Part shown: positions 38,708 through 49,221 of the stretch, one piece after another
Layout of the letters: each line of letters begins with the position of its first letter
How positions within the stretch are numbered: the stretch's first letter is position 1
Assembly (NCBI GenBank): GCA_023251835.1
Contig: JAHEXZ010000022.1
Coordinates: 251 to 64,250 of the forward strand
Direction of reading: 5' to 3'
From: Bacteroidota bacterium
GTDB lineage: Bacteria > Bacteroidota > Bacteroidia > 2-12-FULL-35-15
DNA length: 64,000 nt
The notes under the pieces: model-generated
What the model saw: the letters and a program-made list of their open reading frames with translations, nothing else
Databases searched by the model: none
What the model was told of the DNA's origin: nothing
Program-made: the position numbers and the translations under genes

Positions 38708-39979
38708 TTAGTTAATTGCCGAAAAACCAGTATAAGGCACCAATACTTTCGGAATCTTTATTCCTTCAGGTGTTTGATTATTTTCCAATAATGATGCAAC
38801 AATACGAGGCAGTGCCAGAGCGCTGCCATTCAAGGTATGTGCAAGCTGTGTTTTGTTATCAGCTCCTCTAAAACGTAATTTCAAACGGTTGCTCTGAAAC
38901 GTTTCAAAATTAGATACAGAACTGACCTCAAGCCATTTTTCCTGTGCCGCAGAGAAAGCTTCAAAATCATATGTCAATGCCGATGCAAAGCTCATATCAC
39001 CTCCGCACAATTTAAGAATACGGAAGGGCAGTTCTAAATCACGCATCAACCCTGCTACATAGGTTCGCATTTCTTCAAGTGTTTCGTAAGATTTATCAGG
39101 ATGTGCTATCTGTACAATTTCTACTTTATCAAACTGGTGCAAACGGTTCAAACCACGTACATCTTTGCCATAGCTTCCTGCCTCTCTTCTGAAACAGGGA
39201 GTGTAGCCGCAATTTTTAACAGGCAATTGGTCTGCTTTTAAAATCACATCCCGGTATATGTTAGTAATAGGCACCTCCGCAGTGGGAATCATATATAAAT
39301 TATCTATTGTAGCATGATACATCTGTCCTTCTTTATCAGGCAATTGGCCTGTTCCGTAGCCAGAAGCTTCATTCACCATAATAGGTGGCTGAATTTCAAG
39401 GTAACCTGAAGCAGTGGCCCTGTCTAAAAAGAAATTAATTAATGCACGCTGCAAACGTGCTGCTTTACCTTTATACACAGGGAAACCGGCACCTGTAAGT
39501 TTTACGCCTAGTTCAAAATCAATCAAATCATATTGTGCAGCCAGCTCCCAATGAGGCTTTGAACCTGCAGGCAATTTAGGAATTTCGCCTTCCTGATATA
39601 CATTCTCATTATCAGCAGCAGTCTTTCCTTTGGGAACTTTAAAACTAGGTGTATTGGGCACCTGAACCAGCAACTGTTGTTGTTGTTCCTCAATCTGCTT
39701 GAACTGTTCAGCAAGTTTGCCGGAACTTTCTTTTACTGCAACACTTTTATTTTTTAACTCGTCAGCCTCCGCTCTTTTGCCTTGTTTATATAACTCCCCT
39801 ACCTGCTTAGCAATTATATTAGCTTCATTCAACAATGAATCCAGTTCATTTTGTGTACGTCTTCTTTCATTATCAAGCTCTAAAACCTGTTCCAAAACAG
39901 GCCTTGCATCAAAATTTTTAATAGCCAGGCGTTCAATGGCTTCTTCTTTCTTTTCGCGTATATAGTTCAGTTGTAACAT
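38708..39979 (-). CDS. serS: Seryl-tRNA synthetase
   Basis: Coiled-coil arm; PTAEVP, CFRREAGSYGKDVRGLNRLHQF, EVSSVSN, TLNGSALALPR. Confidence 0.99.
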   Translation of the reverse strand: MLQLNYIREKKEEAIERLAIKNFDARPVLEQVLELDNERRRTQNELDSLLNEANIIAKQVGELYKQGKRAEADELKNKSVAVKESSGKLAEQFKQIEEQQQQLLVQVPNTPSFKVPKGKTAADNENVYQEGEIPKLPAGSKPHWELAAQYDLIDFELGVKLTGAGFPVYKGKAARLQRALINFFLDRATASGYLEIQPPIMVNEASGYGTGQLPDKEGQMYHATIDNLYMIPTAEVPITNIYRDVILKADQLPVKNCGYTPCFRREAGSYGKDVRGLNRLHQFDKVEIVQIAHPDKSYETLEEMRTYVAGLMRDLELPFRILKLCGGDMSFASALTYDFEAFSAAQEKWLEVSSVSNFETFQSNRLKLRFRGADNKTQLAHTLNGSALALPRIVASLLENNQTPEGIKIPKVLVPYTGFSAIN

Positions 39980-40025
39980 ATCGTTTTGCTTATTTTATTT
40001 ATGAACAATCAATGGCTAAAAATAA

Positions 40026-40067
40026 AAAAATCTCCCAAACTTCTTATCAGAAGCTCAGAAGATTTTT
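40026..40067 (-). terminator. Terminator of rplU-rpmA
   Basis: 19-bp stem with GAUA loop that pairs fully only on the minus strand (four G-U pairs), followed by a U-run. Confidence 0.8.
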
Positions 40068-40091
40068 CTTATTTATCTAATTCAATAATCC

Positions 40092-40358
40092 TTACGCTTC
40101 AGTAGGAAAAGGAATAACAGAAACATACGATTTGTTATCGCGTTTCTTTTTAAACTCTACAGTGCCATCCACTAAAGCAAACAAAGTGTGGTCTTTACCC
40201 ATACCCATATTTGCACCTGGTCTGTGTTTTGTGCCTCTTTGACGCACAACAATATTACCTGCTATAGCCAATTGACCACCATAGATTTTAACGCCTAAAC
40301 GTTTACTGTGCGATTCGCGGCCGTTGTCGGTACTACCGGCCCCTTTCTTATGTGCCAT
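40092..40358 (-). CDS. rpmA: 50S ribosomal protein L27
   Basis: [24 protein letters not shown]...RQRGT. Confidence 0.99.
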   Translation of the reverse strand: MAHKKGAGSTDNGRESHSKRLGVKIYGGQLAIAGNIVVRQRGTKHRPGANMGMGKDHTLFALVDGTVEFKKKRDNKSYVSVIPFPTEA

Positions 40359-40427
40359 TTTATTTTAAAATTTTAATTCGTTACTCTTTTATTTTAACTA
40401 AAAAACCCTAAAAAAATTCGCCTTCTA

Positions 40428-40928
40428 TTATTCAGACGATTTTTTTGCAGCTTTTTTAGGGGCAGCTTTTTTTACCAGAGCTTTTTTTGCAGGGGCAGAT
40501 TTTTTAGCAGGTGCTTTTTTAGCCTTTGGTGCTTCTGCTTCTATTACTTCTGCTTCAACAGCTTTAGCTTTTGGAGCTTTTTTCTCAATGGTTATTTCAT
40601 CTTTTAATGTTTCACCTTTTGCTAATACACCCTGAATAAGGATTTGAGATAACTGCTGGCGGTGACCATTTGATTTTTGATAACCTTTTCTGCGTTTTTT
40701 CTTAAATACGATGACTTTGTCACCTTTCAGATGGCCGAGTACTGTTGCAGCCACTCTTGCACCATCTATAGAAGGAGTTCCTACTTGAACTTTTCCATCA
40801 GTATCGATCAACAAAACTTTGTCAAACTCTACTTTAGACCCTTCGCTAGCTTCGAGGCGGTTCACATATACTCTGTTTCCACGTGATACCTTAAATTGTT
40901 GCCCGGCTATTTCTACGATTGCGTACAT
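40428..40928 (-). CDS. rplU: 50S ribosomal protein L21 with Lys/Ala-rich C-terminal extension
   Basis: MYAIVEIAGQQFKV...VIVFKKKRRKGY...GHRQ. Confidence 0.99.
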   Translation of the reverse strand: MYAIVEIAGQQFKVSRGNRVYVNRLEASEGSKVEFDKVLLIDTDGKVQVGTPSIDGARVAATVLGHLKGDKVIVFKKKRRKGYQKSNGHRQQLSQILIQGVLAKGETLKDEITIEKKAPKAKAVEAEVIEAEAPKAKKAPAKKSAPAKKALVKKAAPKKAAKKSSE

Positions 40929-41155
40929 TGTTTAGGGATTTACTGTTAATAATTACCCAAATAACTATTACTTGGGGGCACGAAATTACTAAATTATTTC
41001 AGTATAGAGGTTATTTTTTGAAGAAAAATTAACTTTTTATACTATTTTACTATATTACGCATTCAAGACCATTCATTTTCCGCTCCTTCAGAGTGGTTGA
41101 GACAAGGCCCCCCACACCTATCAATACCACCGTTACTCAGGCAAAATGAAGAATA

Positions 41156-42061
41156 TTACCTCCCCTCTTCTTTGGAGAGAGGTTGGGAGTGAGGCCCCTT
41201 ATTAACCAAATAAACCCCCAGCAAAATTAATCCTATCCAGGCAAAATGCAGAAAAGAAACAGCTTCATTATCAAAAATGCCCCATCCCATGGCAACAATG
41301 GGTATTAAGTATGTTACCGAAGACGCAAAAAGAGGATTGGTATTTTTAATCAGTGTATTAAAAACTATCACGGAAAGGGCCGTACCAAATATGGCCAATA
41401 TGCTTGTAAAGAAAAGACTCTCAATAGCCACAGGGTGAGTTGTTAAACGGTGTACAAAATCGGTTGTAAAAAGATAGCAGCCCGCCACAGGACCTATGAA
41501 TAATAATGCCCAAACCGTAGCAGTCAGCGAATCAACCTCACTAAGGTACCTTTTAATGATATTTACACTCAATGCATAACATATTGTAGCCAGCACTACG
41601 AAAAAAATAAATAATAAGTCGTTATTTACTCCTTTTTCTTTACCAACCATTGTAAGCCCCGTAGCTCCAATAAAGCCAATAATTATCCCTAATACATTTA
41701 TCCAACCTGTTTTTTCTCTAAACAATACAACACCCACAAGCAGGGTAAACAAGGGTGTTAATGAATTAAGCGCCCCTGTTAATGAACTACTGATACCGGT
41801 TTCTGCCTTAGTAAACAAAAATGCAGGTATAAGATTACCTAATACCCCCATTCCTATATATCCTCTCCAGTGTTTTAACAACGACTTTTTAATATGCTTG
41901 AATAATAAAGGTGATAAAAACAGGAATGCAATAAATATGCGCATTGCTGCCACCTGGTCACTCGGAAAAGCTTCCATTCCACGTTTCATCAATATAAAAG
42001 AGCTGCCCCAGATGAGAGCAAGTATTATAAGTATAACCCAATTGGTAAGTCTGCTATTCAT
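41156..42061 (-). CDS. DMT/EamA family transporter
   Basis: LILALIWGSSF, two EamA repeats, ten TM helices. Confidence 0.95.
   Translation of the reverse strand: MNSRLTNWVILIILALIWGSSFILMKRGMEAFPSDQVAAMRIFIAFLFLSPLLFKHIKKSLLKHWRGYIGMGVLGNLIPAFLFTKAETGISSSLTGALNSLTPLFTLLVGVVLFREKTGWINVLGIIIGFIGATGLTMVGKEKGVNNDLLFIFFVVLATICYALSVNIIKRYLSEVDSLTATVWALLFIGPVAGCYLFTTDFVHRLTTHPVAIESLFFTSILAIFGTALSVIVFNTLIKNTNPLFASSVTYLIPIVAMGWGIFDNEAVSFLHFAWIGLILLGVYLVNKGPHSQPLSKEEGR
41159..41194 (-). repeat. Palindromic repeat CCTCACTCCCAACCTCTCTCCAAAGAAGAGGGGAGG forming the EamA 3' end
   Basis: Hairpin CTCTCTCC/AAGAGGGGAG-type arms; encodes PHSQPLSKEEGR. Confidence 0.7.
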
Positions 42062-42164
42062 TATATATTTTGAAAATGTAAAGATAACGTTTAAAACACC
42101 ATGAATAACGAATCCAAAACGAATTGCAAATAGTTATTCAACCATACATTATGCATTTTATCCC

Positions 42165-42172
42165 TACCTTTG
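42165..42172 (+). promoter_or_regulatory. Bacteroidota -7 element TACCTTTG
   Basis: Exact TAnnTTTG 23 nt before the likely TDO start. Confidence 0.6.
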
Positions 42173-42195
42173 CAGATATTTCAAACTTACAAACT

Positions 42196-43167
42196 ATGGA
42201 ACTTAAACCTGAAATAATTGAGCGCTTACAGTTGTTAGATGAAAAATACCAGGCAATGGGACAAAATCTTGCCTCCTATCTTGACGGGCTGCTTTATGCA
42301 GATTATTTAACCTATTGGGATTACATCCATCTCGATACCTTATTAAGCCTGCAAACACCTAAAACACCTATCCCCGATGAGCATATTTTCATTATGTATC
42401 ACCAGATAACAGAGTTGTATTTTAAACTCTGTTTACATGAATACGAACAACTGGCAGCAAAACAAGACCTGGATGCCGGTTTCCTTACTAATCGTGTAAC
42501 GCGTATCAACCGTTATTTTGAAGCACTCATAACTTCTTTTGATATTATGGTAGATGGTATGGATCCCAAACAATTTCTGAAGTTCCGCATGAGCCTGTTA
42601 CCTGCCAGCGGATTTCAATCCGGGCAATACCGCAAAATAGAGATATGCTCCACTACCTTCAAAAACCTTGTTGATAAAGAAGTACGCGATACTTTCCCTG
42701 AGGATATTGCGGACGAACAGATTGAAGAAATGTACGACCATATTTACTGGAAAGCTGGTGCAACAGAGCTTTCATCAGGAAAAAAAACATTAACACTTGT
42801 GCAGTTTGAACAAAAATATTCAGAACAGTTTATTCAACTGGCAAAAAAATTCAGGAATAAAAATTTGTTGTCTTTGTACAAATCGCTTCCCGAAACCGAA
42901 CAAAAAAATGAACTGTTAATAACTGCGTTACGCCAATTAGACGTAAATGTTAATGTCAACTGGCCATTATCACATTATAAATCCGCTGTCCGTTATCTGC
43001 AGGCCGACCCGGAAGATATTGCGGCTACCGGAGGCACTAACTGGCAAAAATATCTGCCTCCACGTTTCCAAAAACGCATTTTTTACCCCGAACTATGGAG
43101 TACACAGGAAATAAATGAATGGGGCAAGGGATGGGTAAAAAATGTAGTGTTTAGGAGAGAGGATTAA
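42196..43167 (+). CDS. kynA: Tryptophan 2,3-dioxygenase family protein
   Basis: Y.DY..LD.LL..Q, DE..FI..HQ..EL.FK, ASGFQS.QYR, GGT motifs; likely start MELKPE (42196). Confidence 0.8.
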   Translation: MELKPEIIERLQLLDEKYQAMGQNLASYLDGLLYADYLTYWDYIHLDTLLSLQTPKTPIPDEHIFIMYHQITELYFKLCLHEYEQLAAKQDLDAGFLTNRVTRINRYFEALITSFDIMVDGMDPKQFLKFRMSLLPASGFQSGQYRKIEICSTTFKNLVDKEVRDTFPEDIADEQIEEMYDHIYWKAGATELSSGKKTLTLVQFEQKYSEQFIQLAKKFRNKNLLSLYKSLPETEQKNELLITALRQLDVNVNVNWPLSHYKSAVRYLQADPEDIAATGGTNWQKYLPPRFQKRIFYPELWSTQEINEWGKGWVKNVVFRRED

Positions 43168-43176
43168 GAGGTGAGG
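43151..43176 (-). repeat. Half copy of the palindromic repeat (CCTCACCTCTTAATCCTCTCTCCTAA) at the convergent gene overlap
   Basis: Similar to the first half of the 41159-41194 copy. Confidence 0.6.
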
Positions 43177-44254
43177 TAACCTCCATTTGCCTTCGTATCG
43201 ATTCATCATGTATCAGATGATATACCCCCTTTATAAAATTTTTTGGTAAACCCAGTTGGTTAGCCCCTGCAACAGCCGTCTCAATTATTTTCTTCCAATG
43301 GGCTACCTGCAACACCGTAATATTATTGTCGCGCTTATAAGCACCTATTTGCGATGAAACGGCCATACGTTTGGCAAGCAGTTCCAACAGCTCATTATCT
43401 AACTTATCAATAACTAAACGCAACTCATCCAATTTGGTCTGCAATACCCTGTCAGCAACAGCGGCTGAACGTATGTTTAAACCACTGATAATTTCATGTA
43501 GCTCATAAGGAGTTACCTGCTGATTTGCATCACTCCATGCAGATTTGGGCTGTATATGTGTTTCTATCATTAACCCGCACATATCCATATCCATTGCTTT
43601 CTGCGACAGGTAAGGTATCAGCTCCCGAGTGCCTCCAATATGTGAAGGATCACATATTACAGGCAACTCATTACATGCTGTTTTTAGTTCAATTACCAAC
43701 TCCCATTTGGGAGAATTACGGAAGGGTCCATTATCATAAGAATAAAAACCACGATGAACAGCAGCCATTTTTTTTATACCTGCATTATTAATCCGCTCTA
43801 AAGCACCCATCCATAATTGCAAATCAGGGTATATCGGATTTTTAACAAATACAGGAATATCAATACCTTTCAAAGCATCAGCAATCTCCTGTACTGAAAA
43901 AGGATTCACTGTAGTACGTGCACCAACCCATAAAACATCAATACCATGCTTCAAACACTTTTCTACATGCTCCGCAGTTGCAACTTCCGTTGCAGTGAGC
44001 AAACCTGTTTCTTCTTTTACAGCCTGCATCCATTTTAAGCCAATATCACCTACCCCTTCGAAAGTATTCGGACGTGTTCGCGGTTTCCAGATACCCGCCC
44101 TGAAAATACTGCCAGGATAACAGGATGCAATCTGCCTGGCAGTTGTCAGCATCTGTTCTTCGGTTTCGGCACTGCATGGGCCGGCAATGAGCAACGGTTT
44201 GGGGTAATTACCCAACCATTGAGTTAAAGGTAATATGTCTAATTCTAACTTCAC
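43151..44254 (-). CDS. Bifunctional DAHP synthase / C-terminal chorismate mutase
   Basis: IAGPCSAE, RAGIWKPRT, GARTTVNPF, HRGF, DPSH; C-terminal AroQ-like LDELRLVIDKLDNELLELLAKR. Confidence 0.93.
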   Translation of the reverse strand: MKLELDILPLTQWLGNYPKPLLIAGPCSAETEEQMLTTARQIASCYPGSIFRAGIWKPRTRPNTFEGVGDIGLKWMQAVKEETGLLTATEVATAEHVEKCLKHGIDVLWVGARTTVNPFSVQEIADALKGIDIPVFVKNPIYPDLQLWMGALERINNAGIKKMAAVHRGFYSYDNGPFRNSPKWELVIELKTACNELPVICDPSHIGGTRELIPYLSQKAMDMDMCGLMIETHIQPKSAWSDANQQVTPYELHEIISGLNIRSAAVADRVLQTKLDELRLVIDKLDNELLELLAKRMAVSSQIGAYKRDNNITVLQVAHWKKIIETAVAGANQLGLPKNFIKGVYHLIHDESIRRQMEVTSPLNPLS

Positions 44255-44356
44255 GCCTATCCTATTCTCATTTTTACAAAAATACGCAAAAGAATACAGA
44301 TTTAGCTGATTTATAGGTATATAAAAATTGCTTTAACACCAAAATATATACTGAAC

Positions 44357-46264
<1,908 letters not shown>

Positions 46265-46285
46265 AATTTAAGTGGGAAAACTTAT

Positions 46286-46327
46286 AACAAAAAAATGCTC
46301 TCAACGTTTTGAGAGCATTTTTTTGTT
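46286..46327. terminator. Bidirectional terminator between pyrG and gldJ
   Basis: Perfect AACAAAAAAATGCTCTCAA-CGTT-TTGAGAGCATTTTTTTGTT palindrome between convergent genes. Confidence 0.9.
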
Positions 46328-46344
46328 TATTACTTAAAGTAAAT

Positions 46345-47883
46345 TTATTTTTTACCTAACCCAACCGGGCTTCCAACACGTGTCATAGCACAACGGAAAC
46401 CAATCCATGCTGTTGCCTGACGCTGATCAAGAAAACGTCTGGTTCCTGGCACCATCCAATAAGCGCGGTCTTTCCAGGAACCACCTTTATATACCCTTGC
46501 CTCATCATTAATTAAGGAAGTTTTCTCGTATTCATACATACCCATACTTTCTGGTTTAGTAGCAGTAGTAGGATCATATTTTTCACTGAAAGGAGTACCG
46601 CTCAATCCTTCTGCCTGTGTCTGGATATCACCATCTAAATAATTAATGTTATCAGAGTATTTATAGTTTCTTCTTTCATCCAGATTATCGTCAGCCACGC
46701 TAATACTTACATCCCTCCAGCGTACCTGTCCGGGGATACTCACAATATTGCTGTCTGCGTCATACCTGATTGTATCATTGACTACAATTCCTTCTTCATT
46801 AGTCATCTGAGTTTTAAATACATTTCCTCTAAAAGGGCGGAAATCAGATTTATCTTCGGCAGAAAGAGGGCGGTATACGTCCATTACCCACTCACTTACA
46901 TTACCTCCCATATTATACAAACCATAGTCATTTGGCCAGTATGAATATACAGGGGTAGTGACATCACCGGCATCATTAAGTGCTCCGGCAATACCCATCA
47001 TATCACCATTGCTACGTTGGTAATTGGCTTGCATTTGTCCCAGGAACTTTTCATCAGGATTACGTGTTCCGTGACCATTCCAAGGGTATAATCTCCTATC
47101 TGTAATACGTTCTCCTATTGTATTTCCAATAAGGCCATAAGCGGCAAATTCCCATTCTGCTTCAGTTGGCAGGCGGTATCGGGGTAAAAATATTCCATCT
47201 TCCATACGTACTATACGGTCTCCACCTTCAGGAGCAATGGAAGGAATTGGAGTTACTACTGTCCCCTGCCATTTACCAGCCATATATTGATCGGTATTGA
47301 AATAGTCATTTTCTGTTGGAGTTGGAACATGATCTAAAATGCCTTCGCGTATCAGAATAAATTCATTAACACGATCTGTACGCCAGGCACAGAAATCGGA
47401 TGCCTGTAACCAGTTAACACCCACAACAGGATAGTCTCTGTATGCGGGATGGCGTAAATAATATTCAACATAGGGTTCATTGAAAGCCAATCGGTCGCGC
47501 CACACTAATGTATCCGGTAATGCCTTTTTATAAACATCAACGAAATTTGGGCCAAATACCCTTCTTGTCCAGTGTAAATATTCTAAATAATCAAGATTAC
47601 GAACCTCTGTCTGATCCATGTAAAATGAAGAAACGGTAACCCTTCTTGGTATCGTATTCCAATCGTAGGTAACATCCTGCTCTGCTCTACCCATAGTAAA
47701 GGTACCACCCTGAACCAATACCAACCCTGGACCGGTTTCTTGTTCTTCATAAGGAACAACTTCAAAACCTCCATTTTTGGTATCATTGTATTCCCAAGCG
47801 GTAACAGGCGATCTTTCTTTGCTACATGAGCCAAGAATAACAATGCCCGCAAGTAAGATGAGTGTGCTTGAAATTTTTTTCAT
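46345..47883 (-). CDS. gldJ: Gliding motility lipoprotein GldJ (FGE-sulfatase fold)
   Basis: Lipobox GSC; W.YND...GGF; RLPTEAEWE, NMGGNVSEWV, GFRCAM; located next to porU/porV. Confidence 0.88.
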   Translation of the reverse strand: MKKISSTLILLAGIVILGSCSKERSPVTAWEYNDTKNGGFEVVPYEEQETGPGLVLVQGGTFTMGRAEQDVTYDWNTIPRRVTVSSFYMDQTEVRNLDYLEYLHWTRRVFGPNFVDVYKKALPDTLVWRDRLAFNEPYVEYYLRHPAYRDYPVVGVNWLQASDFCAWRTDRVNEFILIREGILDHVPTPTENDYFNTDQYMAGKWQGTVVTPIPSIAPEGGDRIVRMEDGIFLPRYRLPTEAEWEFAAYGLIGNTIGERITDRRLYPWNGHGTRNPDEKFLGQMQANYQRSNGDMMGIAGALNDAGDVTTPVYSYWPNDYGLYNMGGNVSEWVMDVYRPLSAEDKSDFRPFRGNVFKTQMTNEEGIVVNDTIRYDADSNIVSIPGQVRWRDVSISVADDNLDERRNYKYSDNINYLDGDIQTQAEGLSGTPFSEKYDPTTATKPESMGMYEYEKTSLINDEARVYKGGSWKDRAYWMVPGTRRFLDQRQATAWIGFRCAMTRVGSPVGLGKK

Positions 47884-48007
47884 TTCTTTGGGTTTTGGTT
47901 AATTAATCAGACTGTTGCAGTTATTACAGCGCATTTTGCTGCAAACAAATTGTAACTATTAAAACTATATTTTCTATTAAATATTGTACTTACTTTAGAT
48001 TTTAAGT

Positions 48008-48976
48008 TTAAAATGACGGACAGCTTACCAGCCTGAACTTTTTCTTTTTAGGTTTACATTCAAATTGTAATGAGAATGAAAGTTCATGAGATCCTGCTGT
48101 AGCATTTGTTAATTTTGATATTGTAACATCATAACTATATCCTACTTTAAAGAAATGTTGCTGGAAACCAATAACAGCGATAAATGAATCCTGGTTACGA
48201 TACCATAAACCTGCAACAATTGATCCTTTGGTTACATACAATCCTAAATTAAGCTGTTGAAAATCCTGTTGTTTTTGGAATAGCACATTGGGAGAAATGA
48301 ATGTTTGCGATCCTTTATCACCTACCGGGAAGGTGGCACCGGCATGTCCTGTCATTTTCATTGGCAGTTTGCTTGGCCCCAGTAACCCTTCATCTGGCTG
48401 AGTAAGATGGTGGGCGGCAAAACCAAAATAATAGCGCTTGCTAAATCCTAACATACCAACAGAAAAATCAACACCAGACTTGCTGTTCAATCCGGGTGTT
48501 TCATTTGTGTTATATACAAATCCCCTGCGGGCATCAATCATATCACCAAATGTAAGTTTACTCCAGTCGATGCTTTTTTGAAAATAAGTTGCCTGAGCAC
48601 CAAATTTTAGCGAAAATTCCCTGCTAACGTTTAATAAGTATGAATACATACCGCTTACATTGGTTGTTCTTAAAGTTCCCTGGCCAGCATTATCATTGGT
48701 AATCAATAACCCAAGCCCACCAGCAATAACATCCACATGCTGGTCATAAGAAGCAGAATAAGTTACATAAGTTCCTGAAATTCCCGGCCACTGATTACGG
48801 TAATTAAGATTTACCCTCGGACATCTTGCTGTACCTGCAAGTGCTGGGTTTAGATAAAGCGGATTAGCATAAAACTGAGTAAATTCAGGATCCTGAGCAA
48901 ACAAATTTTCATTTATACCTAACATAAACAGTATAGCAGAAGCTAAGATAATTCGTTTTACCATAGTAGAAAACAT
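48008..48976 (-). CDS. PorP/SprF family T9SS membrane protein
   Basis: AQDPEFTQFY.NPLYLNPA..G, YRNQWPG, GYSYD...S.L......HE motifs. Confidence 0.95.
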   Translation of the reverse strand: MFSTMVKRIILASAILFMLGINENLFAQDPEFTQFYANPLYLNPALAGTARCPRVNLNYRNQWPGISGTYVTYSASYDQHVDVIAGGLGLLITNDNAGQGTLRTTNVSGMYSYLLNVSREFSLKFGAQATYFQKSIDWSKLTFGDMIDARRGFVYNTNETPGLNSKSGVDFSVGMLGFSKRYYFGFAAHHLTQPDEGLLGPSKLPMKMTGHAGATFPVGDKGSQTFISPNVLFQKQQDFQQLNLGLYVTKGSIVAGLWYRNQDSFIAVIGFQQHFFKVGYSYDVTISKLTNATAGSHELSFSLQFECKPKKKKFRLVSCPSF

Positions 48977-49221
48977 TTAGGTTTATACAGTAAATTTTTT
49001 ATAAAGTTACAATTTCTGTTCATAAAAAGAATCAAAGCACAATATTCGGTTAAAAAAATCGTTATTCAAAGCAAAATGTTAAAAGTTTTTAAAAACAAAT
49101 TTAATTAAAAAAATTTATATATAAACTATATTTGGGATTTAAAGTTTTATGATGGTTTATTGCTAATATTGCTCACTTTATTTTTATTACTTATAACCGG
49201 TTGGGATAAATTTATTTTTCT

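Noticed and set aside
46345-47883. Formylglycine-generating enzyme or gldK assignment
   Set aside because: The lipobox, the W.YND..GGF N-terminus and the position next to porU/porV fit GldJ better; the FGE catalytic Cys pair is not evident.
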